In this document: positions 43,770 to 53,400 of the stretch, in pieces
How positions within the stretch are numbered: the stretch's first letter is position 1
Layout of the letters: the number at the start of each line of letters is the position of its first letter
Assembly (NCBI GenBank): GCA_039194325.1
Contig: JBCCWC010000004.1
Span: 1 to 64,000 of the forward strand
Direction: 5' to 3'
Source of the DNA: Myxococcota bacterium
GTDB lineage: Bacteria > Myxococcota_A > Polyangia > Nannocystales > Nannocystaceae
DNA: 64,000 bases
Position numbers and translations under genes: made by a program
The notes under the pieces: model-generated
The model's input: only the letters and a program-made list of their open reading frames with translations
Told to the model about the DNA's origin: nothing
The model's database searches: none

Positions 43770-45085
43770 GGTGACCCGTATGGTTCGATCATCGGGCGGG
43801 ACGCCAGTTGATGGACCTTCTCGGCGATCAGCGGGTGGATGTCGTACCACTCGTCGCCATTTCGATAGCAGAGCAGCAAGTGGGTATCGAGATATCGAGA
43901 AAGGTGGGGCAGATTCCCCGCTTCGGGAAGTTCCGCCTCGTGAGTCTTCGCCACCCGAGCCAGCCAGCGAGCATCCTCGATCGCGATGGGCAGATACGCA
44001 TCGCGCGCCCGAACCACGATGAAATCGATATCCTCCTGCGTCAGAGGCAGTGCCCGACCACGACCACGACGCAGCCCGGCCTGGAGGAGACGAAAGAGAT
44101 CGCGAAGGTACCCTCCACTCTGCTCGATGAGATGCTCCAACGCTTGGCGATTCTCCAATAGCCGGGTCCAGTCCCCCCGCTCGGCAACGATCCGCTCCAG
44201 AGCATCGATACCGGCAGCCCATGGCTGACCCTGCCGATCTCGAACCTTGATGCAGGGCATCAGGTAGGCTCCAGTGTAGACCTGGCTGACCCCGGGGAAC
44301 CGGATCTTCAGCCACGGCGGCACGGTGTAGATGAGGTGCACTCCCGGGATACTCAGCTTGTCGGCGTGACCCACGAACAGGGTCTCTAAAGACGCCTGCA
44401 CCTCGGCGGCATTGGTGTACGTCCCCTGGAATTGCTCGACCGAGTCGAAGATCACGACCAGCTGGGTGTCTTCGCCGTGCATGCGCCGCAGCTCGTTGAT
44501 ACAGCCCGTCACGAACTCGCGAACATCCTCGACCAGCGAGCCCAGGCTTCCTTCGAGGGCTCGCTGGATCCGCCGGCGAAACGAAGGATCGTTTTTGAGG
44601 TTGGTCTTGAGCTTGGCGCCGGGGACACCGAGCTCGGGACCGCCCAGATCGACCTTGGTGCGGGTGGCAAAGTTGGAGAACCGCTCCCAGTAGGTCTCTC
44701 GCGTCTGGTCGCGGCCGAGCAACTCCTCATCCCGCAGCTCCTCGCTCAATGCCCCGGTGGCCGCGATGAGGAAATCGCTGACATCGACCGGCTCGGAGAG
44801 GTTGAGGTAACCTCGCATGTCGCACAACGCGACCCGGTAGGATCCCTTTGCCCGCAGCTGAGATCGTAGCCGCCGTAGCTCGGTGCTCTTGCCCGTGCCG
44901 CGAAACCCACTGAGCAGCTGCACCGAGCCCTGCGCCGTCCACTCGATGCCCGACTCGAGCTGAGCGATGGGATCCTCGGACGTCGCCGTGCCCTCGTAAA
45001 GACGCACGTATCGCCGATCCTCCGGCTCCAGGGGCCTGTCTTCCAGTGCCTGGAAGAACGACCGGAGATAGTCCTCTTGGCTCAC
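43766..45085 (-). CDS. P-loop ATPase (AAA+/STAND-like)
   Basis: SGFRGTGKST, VVIFDSVEQ, SGGYLRDL and WYDIHPLI motifs. Confidence 0.85.
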   Translation of the reverse strand: MSQEDYLRSFFQALEDRPLEPEDRRYVRLYEGTATSEDPIAQLESGIEWTAQGSVQLLSGFRGTGKSTELRRLRSQLRAKGSYRVALCDMRGYLNLSEPVDVSDFLIAATGALSEELRDEELLGRDQTRETYWERFSNFATRTKVDLGGPELGVPGAKLKTNLKNDPSFRRRIQRALEGSLGSLVEDVREFVTGCINELRRMHGEDTQLVVIFDSVEQFQGTYTNAAEVQASLETLFVGHADKLSIPGVHLIYTVPPWLKIRFPGVSQVYTGAYLMPCIKVRDRQGQPWAAGIDALERIVAERGDWTRLLENRQALEHLIEQSGGYLRDLFRLLQAGLRRGRGRALPLTQEDIDFIVVRARDAYLPIAIEDARWLARVAKTHEAELPEAGNLPHLSRYLDTHLLLCYRNGDEWYDIHPLIAEKVHQLASRPMIEPYGSP

Positions 45086-45188
45086 CGGATCTACGCTAGC
45101 ACAACCGGTCCGCGGGGTCCGAGCGTGAACGTGGACCCCTTCGAGGACACTGGGAGGATCTGAACCGGTGCGACTGGACCCTTTGGCC

Positions 45189-46454
45189 TCAGCCGCTGCG
45201 CGCCTCATTCACCAGCTTCTCGAGTCGGTCACACGCCAACTCCAACATCTCTTTGGGCGGCCCGAACGAGAACCGCGTGTACGAGTGAAAACGAGACACC
45301 TGCTGGCTGCGGCGCTTGCCCGGATTGACGTCGAAGAACACGCCGGGCACGGTCACCACCTTCTGCTCGAGCGCACGCTCGAACAGCCCCATGCCGTCGT
45401 TGAGCGGAGGCGGGAGGTTGCTGAGGTTCCCCCATGCGTAGAAGGTGCCCTCGGGAGGACGGTCGAGCTCGACCCCGATCTCGGCGAGGCGGTTGATGAA
45501 CCAGGCGCGCTTACGACGGAAGGTCTCGTGCACGGCCCGGGTCTCCGCCTCGACCACGTCCGGCTCGAGTAGCGACACCGCGGCCCGCTGTAGCGGCCGA
45601 CTGCCTCCCCCGTCGAGGAACGAGCCCGCCGAGGTGACCGCGTCGATCACCGCCCGGGGCCCCACCGTCCAGGCCACCCGCCAGCCCGGATAGCGCCAAT
45701 TCTTGGTGAGCCCATCGAAGAGGATCACCGGATCGCGATCGACGTCCTCCACGTAGCGGGCCGCGCTCTCCACCGGCAGCTCACCGGGCACGTGGCTCCA
45801 CACGTAATGGGAGTAGAACTCGTCGAGCAGCAGCGCACAGTCGAGCTCGCGCGCCACCGAGACCCAGCCCGACAGCTCCTCGCCCGAGACCAGCTTGCCG
45901 GTGGGGTTGCACGGGTTGGACACCAACAGCGCCGAGAGCCCCCGGCCGGCCACCTCCCGGCGCAGATCCTCGGGGCGAAAGGCATAGCCTCGCTCCGGCT
46001 CGAGCAAGATCGGGATCGCAGTGAACGCTCGAAAGATGTCGAGGAGCTCCTCGTAGGCGGTGTAGTCGGGTAAGAAGTGCCCGAGGTTGACCCGACCCAG
46101 GCTGGCCGCCGCCCGGGTCAACGCCGTCCGACCCCCGCCGCAGATCGCCACGTTGGCCGCCGTGTACTGCGAAGGCAATCCCCGACGGTAGAGCCGGTTG
46201 TACATGGCTGCCACCGCCTCGCGGAGCTCCTCGATCCCCCCGACCGGTGCATAGTCACGATCGCGTGGGTCGATGCTCACCCCCTCGACCCGCGGCGGCG
46301 CGCCGGACAAGACCCCGGTCTCCGGCTGCCCCTGTCCCAGGTTGCACCACTGGGGATCCCCCCCACGAAAGCCCCGGCGTACCGCTTCGGTGGTGACGTA
46401 GATGACCCCGGTACGAGGGACGGAGCGAAACGCAGTGGCGCCTTCGGCATTCAC
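45189..46454 (-). CDS. PLP-dependent aminotransferase class I/II
   Basis: NLGQGQP, SNPCNPTG, DEFYS and GLTKNWRYPGWRV motifs. Confidence 0.9.
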   Translation of the reverse strand: MNAEGATAFRSVPRTGVIYVTTEAVRRGFRGGDPQWCNLGQGQPETGVLSGAPPRVEGVSIDPRDRDYAPVGGIEELREAVAAMYNRLYRRGLPSQYTAANVAICGGGRTALTRAAASLGRVNLGHFLPDYTAYEELLDIFRAFTAIPILLEPERGYAFRPEDLRREVAGRGLSALLVSNPCNPTGKLVSGEELSGWVSVARELDCALLLDEFYSHYVWSHVPGELPVESAARYVEDVDRDPVILFDGLTKNWRYPGWRVAWTVGPRAVIDAVTSAGSFLDGGGSRPLQRAAVSLLEPDVVEAETRAVHETFRRKRAWFINRLAEIGVELDRPPEGTFYAWGNLSNLPPPLNDGMGLFERALEQKVVTVPGVFFDVNPGKRRSQQVSRFHSYTRFSFGPPKEMLELACDRLEKLVNEARSG

Positions 46455-46639
46455 GGGCGCGGAGGGTACAGCGGACCGCGATCGATGTCCGCCACCCACC
46501 GCAGCAAGCACCGAGGCCGCCCGGGTGAGCCCACCGAGGCCGACTGGCGCCGATTGACGTCGACTGGCGCCGACTGGCGCCGACTGCGCAATTTGCACAA
46601 ATCGGGGCCCACGGTGACTCGGTGCTACATTGACGATCG

Positions 46640-47215
46640 ATGGCTTCGGTCGTCCTGCTGCCCGGCGTCTATCGCCTGACCTACAACGATTGGCTCGAGC
46701 TCCCCCACGAGCAGTACCTCTACGAGCTGATCGACGGCGAGCTATTGGTGAGCACCACCCCGTCGATCAAACACCAGCGGATCTGCCCCGAAATCCAGGT
46801 CGAGCTGGTCAACCACGCCCGACGACACGGCGAGGGAGAGGTCTTCCAGGCTCCCACCGGGGTCCGCCTCAGCGACAACGACGTGGTCGAGCCGGATCTC
46901 ATCGTGGTCATGCCCAACAGCTCGGCCACGATCGGAGCCCAAGCCATCGAAGGCGCCCCAGATCTGGTGGTGGAGGTCCTCTCCCCCGGCACCGCCCACC
47001 GCGATCTGGGCCGCAAACGCGAGCTCTACGAGCGCGCCGGGGTCCGGGAGTACTGGATCGTCGACCCCGAGAGCCGCAGTATCGAGGTGCTCGGTATGCG
47101 CAATGGTGCCTACATTCAGGTAGGTCTCCACAAGGTCGGGGATATCCTCAGCTCCCGGGTGCTACCGCTGTTCGAGCTGGAGATCACCGATCTGTTCGCG
47201 AGCGCCTCGATCTGA
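46640..47215 (+). CDS. Uma2/DUF820 family endonuclease
   Basis: YELIDGEL, VEPDL, APDLVVEVLSP and KRELYERAGVREYWIVDP motifs. Confidence 0.92.
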   Translation: MASVVLLPGVYRLTYNDWLELPHEQYLYELIDGELLVSTTPSIKHQRICPEIQVELVNHARRHGEGEVFQAPTGVRLSDNDVVEPDLIVVMPNSSATIGAQAIEGAPDLVVEVLSPGTAHRDLGRKRELYERAGVREYWIVDPESRSIEVLGMRNGAYIQVGLHKVGDILSSRVLPLFELEITDLFASASI

Positions 47216-47287
47216 GCCGAGCTCATACCCAGCCCGCACCCAACCGAGATCCTGTCGCCTCGACTTGCGAGGACTCACCCCGAGGAC

Positions 47288-49705
47288 TCACCCCGAGGAC
47301 GAGGCCGGTCGCGGCTTGCGACGACCAGAGCGCGTCCGGCGGCGCGCCGGCGACCAGCGATCGTCTCCGACCGACCGATACCCCATCGCCCGCAAGATCG
47401 CCGGGATCTGGCGGCGGCGAACCCCCAGCCAGGCCCCGATCTCCCGCGGGACCGCGAAGGGCTCGCGACCCAAGGCGTGTAGGGCGGCGTGCGCCCGCTC
47501 GAGCTGATCGGCTCGCACCGCCCGCCCCGCGACCACCACGAATCCCAGGCGCAAGTAGTCCTCGGGCGCCATCCCCTCGCGAACGGCGACCGAGACCGAA
47601 CCCGTCGGCGGTATGGCGAGCCGACGCGAGCCAGCCCACACCCGCCACAGCGCCGCCCGCCACCGCAGCGGCGCGGCCCGGGCCAGCGCCGGCACGTGCA
47701 CCACAGCACGACCGATCTCCACGCCGCCCGCGAGCAAGCGCTCACGATCCACGGCACCGAGCGCACGCAGCTGCGCCGCAGCCTCCCGACGAGTGATCGT
47801 GCCGAGCCCCTGGCCCAACTGGTAGAGCAACCCCCGAGCCTCCGCCCCCAGCGGCTCTGCTTCGAGCCGACGCACCGGAGCGAGCAGCCCCTCGACCAGA
47901 TCGCGGGCCCACGCCTGCAATCGCCGCTCGATCCGCCGCCGAGCCCCCGCCGCCACGTCCTCGAGCCCCTGCAGGCGCACCGCCGGGTGCAAAAGCTCCG
48001 CCCCACGCTCCAGCCGACCCACCGGGCGCTCTTCGTAGAGGATCGCGCCGTGCTCGTTGGTCGTGAACGCCTCGAAACCGGCCTCCACGAGCGCCTGGAC
48101 CCACTGCGCCCGCGCCTGCTCATCGGGATACACCTCCCCCGGCGCATCGGGCACGGCCAGATCGACCAGCGCACGAAAGGGGCTGTCGGCGACCGTCGCC
48201 GGATCGACCGGCACCGCACGCGCCGGCCGACGAGGCCGACGCCGTGAGGGCCCATGGCGAGGCCCCCCGGCCCTGCCCTCCACGAAGCGCGCGGTCAGCC
48301 GCTCGTGCAGCGCATCGCTATGGCGATCTTCGATCTGCCGCGTCCGCTCCTGCCAGTGCGACGCGTGGGGCACCCAGTGCTCTCGATGCGTCACGTAGGT
48401 CCAGGTGCGGACGAAGGCGATCCGGGTCATCAAGGCATCGATGTCTCCCTGGATGTCGTCGAGACGACCGATCCGTTGCGCCATCCAGTCCTCGTCCAGG
48501 CGCCCCGAAGGCCCCGACACCTGCTCGTAGATCGCGGCCAGCAGCTGCACGTGGCTGTCGACCAGCAACTTGCGGTAGTCGGGGATCCGGCACACCTCCC
48601 ACAGCAGCTCGATCGACGCGGAGTCCTGGGCCCGCTGCCGCACCGCATCGATCCGCGACAGCCGGATCAGCGCCTCGTAGTCGTCGGCGCGCTCCACCAG
48701 CCGCAAGCTGCGACGCCGCGGTCGCTGCCGCAGCGAGTCGACCAGCTCGGTCACCGAGTGAAACGACAGATCGCGGTTACGCCACACCAATCGATGCAGC
48801 GGGGCAAAGCGATGACGCTCGACGGCCTCGACCACCCGCGGCGACAGGCCGGTCAGCGGACGCAGGGTGCCAAAGCCTCCGTCCCGGGTGTAGCGACCCG
48901 CCCGGCCTGCGATCTGGGCCAGCTCGGCCAGGTCCAGGGGCCGACGCTCGCGCCCGTCGAACTTGTGCAGCGCCGCGAACACCACCCGGTCCACGTCCAT
49001 ATTCAAGCCCATGCCAATCGCGTCGGTCGCCACCAAGTGCTGGACCTCCCCGGCCTGGTACATCGCCACTTGAGCGTTGCGCGTGCGGGGAGACAGCGCA
49101 CCCAGGACCACCGCCGTGCCCCCGTGCCGCTGGCGTAGCGCCTCGGCGATGGAGTAGACGTCCTCGGCCGAGAACGCCACCACCGCGGTACGGGCGGGCA
49201 AGCTACCCAACCCATGGGTCCCCGTGTAGCGCAACTGCGACAGCCGCGGGGCCCCCTCGATCGTGGCGGTGGGCAGCAGTTCCTCGACCAAGGGCCGGAT
49301 CGTCTCCGCCCCGAGAAACCAGGTCTCGTGGATCCCACGTGCGTGGAGCAAGCGGTCGGTGAAGGTATGACCGCGCTGATGGTGGGCCGCGAGCTGGATC
49401 TCGTCGACCGCCAAGAAATCCACGTCGCGGTCGGGCATCGACTCGACCGTGCACACCCAGTAGCGGGGACGGGGGGGCACGCGGCGCTCCTCGCCGGTGA
49501 CCAGCGCCACCTGGTGCTCGCCCAGGCGTGTGCTCACCCGATCGTAGACCTCACGCGCAAGCAAGCGCAGGGGCAGCCCGATCATCCCCGTGCCGTGGGC
49601 CAGCATCCGCTCGATCGCCCGGTGGGTCTTGCCCGTATTGGTCGGCCCCAGCAAGGCCGTGATCCCGGTGCCCGGAGGCTCGACCCCGGTCGCGGACAGG
49701 CGCAT
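47288..49705 (-). CDS. Suv3-like (MgpS-type) SF2 helicase
   Basis: LGPTNTGKT, PLRLLAREVY, VDEIQ, VATDAIGMGLN and QIAGRAGR motifs. Confidence 0.9.
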   Translation of the reverse strand: MRLSATGVEPPGTGITALLGPTNTGKTHRAIERMLAHGTGMIGLPLRLLAREVYDRVSTRLGEHQVALVTGEERRVPPRPRYWVCTVESMPDRDVDFLAVDEIQLAAHHQRGHTFTDRLLHARGIHETWFLGAETIRPLVEELLPTATIEGAPRLSQLRYTGTHGLGSLPARTAVVAFSAEDVYSIAEALRQRHGGTAVVLGALSPRTRNAQVAMYQAGEVQHLVATDAIGMGLNMDVDRVVFAALHKFDGRERRPLDLAELAQIAGRAGRYTRDGGFGTLRPLTGLSPRVVEAVERHRFAPLHRLVWRNRDLSFHSVTELVDSLRQRPRRRSLRLVERADDYEALIRLSRIDAVRQRAQDSASIELLWEVCRIPDYRKLLVDSHVQLLAAIYEQVSGPSGRLDEDWMAQRIGRLDDIQGDIDALMTRIAFVRTWTYVTHREHWVPHASHWQERTRQIEDRHSDALHERLTARFVEGRAGGPRHGPSRRRPRRPARAVPVDPATVADSPFRALVDLAVPDAPGEVYPDEQARAQWVQALVEAGFEAFTTNEHGAILYEERPVGRLERGAELLHPAVRLQGLEDVAAGARRRIERRLQAWARDLVEGLLAPVRRLEAEPLGAEARGLLYQLGQGLGTITRREAAAQLRALGAVDRERLLAGGVEIGRAVVHVPALARAAPLRWRAALWRVWAGSRRLAIPPTGSVSVAVREGMAPEDYLRLGFVVVAGRAVRADQLERAHAALHALGREPFAVPREIGAWLGVRRRQIPAILRAMGYRSVGDDRWSPARRRTRSGRRKPRPASSSG

Positions 49706-49795
49706 CACCCCACAGTATGGCAAGCCCCGGACCGCGTGTCCTCCGGCTCGGCCCCCTGCCTATCCCCCTTCCTATCCCCCTTCCTATCCCCCTTC

Positions 49796-50839
49796 CTATC
49801 CCCCTGCCTGGCCTCCTTTGCACAAAAGCACCCCCGCCTCGTCCAGCGCAGCCAGCCCGTGCACCACCGCGGGGGAGATCGACCGGGGTGGCGTCGCGGC
49901 GATCACCCGGCTGACGAAGACGAACTCGCGCTCGGGACACTCCACGTGGCCGGCCAGCCACGTTACGGATCCTTTTACGGATCCTTTTACGGATCCTTTC
50001 ACCGATCCTTCGTGGTGCTCGCCGGTGCCCGTCTTGGCGCTGAAGATCATCTGGGGGTGGACCGACGGCATACGAGTGCCCTCGGGTACGCGGCCGCGGA
50101 ACGAACGCGGGGGACGAACCACCATCGCCCGCAAGCGTGGTAGGTGCTGAGCCCCGCGAGGCAATCGATCACGGTATAGATCCGCCCAGAAGCGCAGCGT
50201 CTCCTCCGGGCTTACCTGCAAGCTCCCGCCCCCCAGCCAAAATGCGTCGATCGGCCCCTCGACCTCGGCATTGCCATAGTCGAACGCCCGCAGATAGTCC
50301 TGCATACGCGCTCGACCGATCGCCCGCGCCGTGCCCTGAAAGAACCACACCACCGAGTGGTAGATCGCCGTACGTAGGTTGTGATCGCGATTCCAGGCGT
50401 CGAGCCAGCGCTTGCGACCGTCCCAGGCGACCATCGCCTCGGGATCGGCCACCACGCCAGTATCCAGGGCGATCAATGCGTGGGGGACCTTGAAGGTCGA
50501 GGCGGGCACGGTACGCTCGTCACAGGGCTGCGACCCCGCGATCACCGGCTCATCTCCGTCGAGCGCCTGTAGCATGAAGCACCCTGGGTGTGACCACGAG
50601 ACCGCTCGCGTCACCTTACGTCGGCGTTCACCGTCCCCGTTCGGCTCGTTCTTCGTGACCGAACCGGCCGGCCCGTCGGGCCCCATTGTGGCCAGCTCCG
50701 TGGCCAACGCCGAGCTCGATCCCCCCGCCCCCGGGGGGGGTCCGGACGCGGAAGCCGGGGGGGTGCGCGCACAACCGACCGGGGTCCCCAACACAACCAT
50801 CATCAGGCCATAGAGGCAAGCTGGAGCCATTGTCGACAT
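49796..50839 (-). CDS. Class D beta-lactamase-like serine enzyme (start approximate)
   Basis: PASTFK, SVVWFFQ, FDYGN, FWL and KTG motifs. Confidence 0.85.
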   Translation of the reverse strand: MSTMAPACLYGLMMVVLGTPVGCARTPPASASGPPPGAGGSSSALATELATMGPDGPAGSVTKNEPNGDGERRRKVTRAVSWSHPGCFMLQALDGDEPVIAGSQPCDERTVPASTFKVPHALIALDTGVVADPEAMVAWDGRKRWLDAWNRDHNLRTAIYHSVVWFFQGTARAIGRARMQDYLRAFDYGNAEVEGPIDAFWLGGGSLQVSPEETLRFWADLYRDRLPRGAQHLPRLRAMVVRPPRSFRGRVPEGTRMPSVHPQMIFSAKTGTGEHHEGSVKGSVKGSVKGSVTWLAGHVECPEREFVFVSRVIAATPPRSISPAVVHGLAALDEAGVLLCKGGQAGG

Positions 50840-50952
50840 GTCAGGGCCTCCCGACGCACCGCGAGCGCTCGACATTCCCGCCCGGGTCGGCGGCCGACCG
50901 GGCCGGCTTGGGCCCGACGCTCCCTCAAAGGCCCTGGTAGACTTGCGGCCGC

Positions 50953-53397
50953 ATGGCCCAGGCGCCTCGGCTCGCCCCAGGCTCGATCTTCGCCCGAGAC
51001 TACAAGGTCGTCGATCTCCTCGCCGAAGGAGGCATGGGTGCGGTCTATCGGGCCGAGCAGATGAGCACCCGCAAGCTCCGGGCGCTCAAGCTGATCAGCA
51101 CCCGACTGGACACCGACCCCAAGGGTCGCGAGCGCTTCGTCCGCGAGGCGACCGTGGGGGCGTCGATCGACAGCGAGCACGCGGTCGAGGTGATCGGCGC
51201 GGGGGTCGACGAGACCACCGGTCGCCCCTGGCTGGCCATGGAGATGCTCGACGGGGCCGACCTCGGCGCGGTGGTCGACTACCAAGGGCCGATCTCACCG
51301 GGTCAGCTCCGCGAGGTGGTGGGGCAGCTGTGCCACGGGTTGGCGGCGGCCCATCGGGCCGGCGTAGTCCACCGTGACCTCAAGCCGGCCAACATCTTCG
51401 TCGCGCGCTCGCGCCGGGCCGGGGTGCCCTTCACGATCAAGATCCTCGACTTCGGGATCGCCAAGGTGGTCCAGGAATCGGGCAGCGGCGCCACGGAGAC
51501 GGACACGGTGGGCTCGCCGCTATGGATGGCACCCGAGCAGCTCAACGCCCAGCGCCCGACCCCCGCCACCGACGTGTGGGCGCTCGGTCTGCTCGGATTT
51601 TGGGCCCTGACCGGCCTGCACTACTGGATGGCCGCCCACGCCGAGTCCAGCACCGTCCAGGCCCTTTTCGTCGAGCAATTGTTCAAGCCCCTGGTCCCCG
51701 CCTCGACGCGCGCGACCGAGCTGGGCTTCACCCACGCGCTGCCCCCGGGCTTTGACGACTGGTTCTCGCGCTGCACCCAACGCGACGCCCCCCGACGCTT
51801 TCCCGACGCCCAAGCGGCCAGCGACGCCCTGCTCGCGCTGCTGACCCCCGACCCAGAGGCGGCGGCCCAGCTGCTGCCCAACGTTGCGCTCGCCCCCAGC
51901 ATCGGCGTTACCGAGCCCGAGGCCCACACGGGCTCCGAGTCCACCCAGCCCACCCAACCCAACGCGTGGGGCGCCAGCTCGGTCGTCTCCGCCGCCGAGC
52001 TCGCGGCCGCCCGCTCCTCGTTCGAGGGCGAGGCCACCCGAACCGATCCCCCCGGCCTGGGCGCCGATCTCTCCCGAGACCCGCTCTCGCTCGGCCCTTC
52101 CGTGCCCGCCGCTCGCTCGAGGATCTCCCCCCTCGTGGTGATGCTGAGCGTGGCCCTGGTGATGGGGGTCATGGTCGGAGCCGGCTACCTGGCCTGGCAA
52201 TGGCAAGCCGAGCAAAGCAGCAGCGCCGACTCCACGATGAACGTCATCGTGCCGTCTTCATCCGACGAGGGTGGCGACGACGATCCTCACTACCCGGCGG
52301 GTGGCGACCAGACCGGCTCCGCAGCGACCGGTGCGGTGGCGGACACGGGCTCCGGTCACGCGGTCGACCCCGGACCTGCCGAGCCACTCCTCCAGATCGT
52401 GATCCCGCACCGCACCCAGCTCGACCGCAAGGTCCACGAGGTGCGCTTCTTGGGCTGGAGCGGCTCCGGGCACCGCTTCGCGCTCCAGGCCGAGTACCGA
52501 TCGGATCGCGACGGCAAGCACAACCGGCTCGTCCTCATCGAGATCCGCGACGCGCTCACCGGTTCGATGGTCGAGTCGTTCCTCGTCTCCCGCGACGCAG
52601 CCAAGGGCACCAGCCGCTACCACGCATTGAGCAAGGCCGCGGCCGAGGCCCGACCCCACGCCGACTGGCCCGCCCGCCGCGAGGCGCTGGCGATCGACAA
52701 ACGCGCCCCCACCCTAAAGGCCCCGGAAGGAGGCGGCCACCTGATCCTCGAGGCCGAGGACGCCCCCGAGGGCACGAGCACGAGCTTCCCTCCCTCCGAG
52801 CTCGGCGTGGCGTACCGGTGGACCTCGGTGAGTGACCCGCTCGACGATGCCCCCGACCCGAGCGCCCCGGCGATGACGGTGAGCTATGTGCACGAGTCGT
52901 CGCGCTGGCCCCTGCTGTCGCTGGCTCCGCCCTTCACTCAACGACAGCTCGCCGAGCGCCGCATCCTCGAAGATGAAGACCCAGCCCTCGCCGGGCATGT
53001 GCTGGCGTTCTGGTCCCCCGATGGGTCGCGGGTGATCCTCGTCCACGAAGCCGAGCTCCGTCCCGCAGGTGAGCCACCGCTCAACCACCACCGCTGGGTG
53101 CTGCGAGCCGCCGGCCCGCAGATCCGCCTGGTCGAGGCCGGGGCCGGACAGCAGCGCATCCGCCAGTTCGCCGCGACCTTGGCGGCCACCGGCCGTCCAG
53201 TGGCGAGCGTCGAGCTCCGCGCGCCTCCGGAGGCCACGTCCTCGCTGCTGTACACCAGCAAGCGAGACGGGACCCGCCAGCTGGCCAACGAGATCCGAGC
53301 GCTGATGCCCGAGCGGTTGCCCGAGCCCACGGGTAAACGAGCACGCAAGCGTGATCTGACCGCCGTGGTGGTGGTGCTCGGCCACGACGCGGGCTGA
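50953..53397 (+). CDS. Membrane Ser/Thr protein kinase
   Basis: EGGMGAVY, ALK, HRDLKPAN, DFGIAK and GSPLWMAPE motifs; TM helix; extracytoplasmic C-terminus. Confidence 0.92.
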   Translation: MAQAPRLAPGSIFARDYKVVDLLAEGGMGAVYRAEQMSTRKLRALKLISTRLDTDPKGRERFVREATVGASIDSEHAVEVIGAGVDETTGRPWLAMEMLDGADLGAVVDYQGPISPGQLREVVGQLCHGLAAAHRAGVVHRDLKPANIFVARSRRAGVPFTIKILDFGIAKVVQESGSGATETDTVGSPLWMAPEQLNAQRPTPATDVWALGLLGFWALTGLHYWMAAHAESSTVQALFVEQLFKPLVPASTRATELGFTHALPPGFDDWFSRCTQRDAPRRFPDAQAASDALLALLTPDPEAAAQLLPNVALAPSIGVTEPEAHTGSESTQPTQPNAWGASSVVSAAELAAARSSFEGEATRTDPPGLGADLSRDPLSLGPSVPAARSRISPLVVMLSVALVMGVMVGAGYLAWQWQAEQSSSADSTMNVIVPSSSDEGGDDDPHYPAGGDQTGSAATGAVADTGSGHAVDPGPAEPLLQIVIPHRTQLDRKVHEVRFLGWSGSGHRFALQAEYRSDRDGKHNRLVLIEIRDALTGSMVESFLVSRDAAKGTSRYHALSKAAAEARPHADWPARREALAIDKRAPTLKAPEGGGHLILEAEDAPEGTSTSFPPSELGVAYRWTSVSDPLDDAPDPSAPAMTVSYVHESSRWPLLSLAPPFTQRQLAERRILEDEDPALAGHVLAFWSPDGSRVILVHEAELRPAGEPPLNHHRWVLRAAGPQIRLVEAGAGQQRIRQFAATLAATGRPVASVELRAPPEATSSLLYTSKRDGTRQLANEIRALMPERLPEPTGKRARKRDLTAVVVVLGHDAG

Positions 53398-53400
53398 GAG

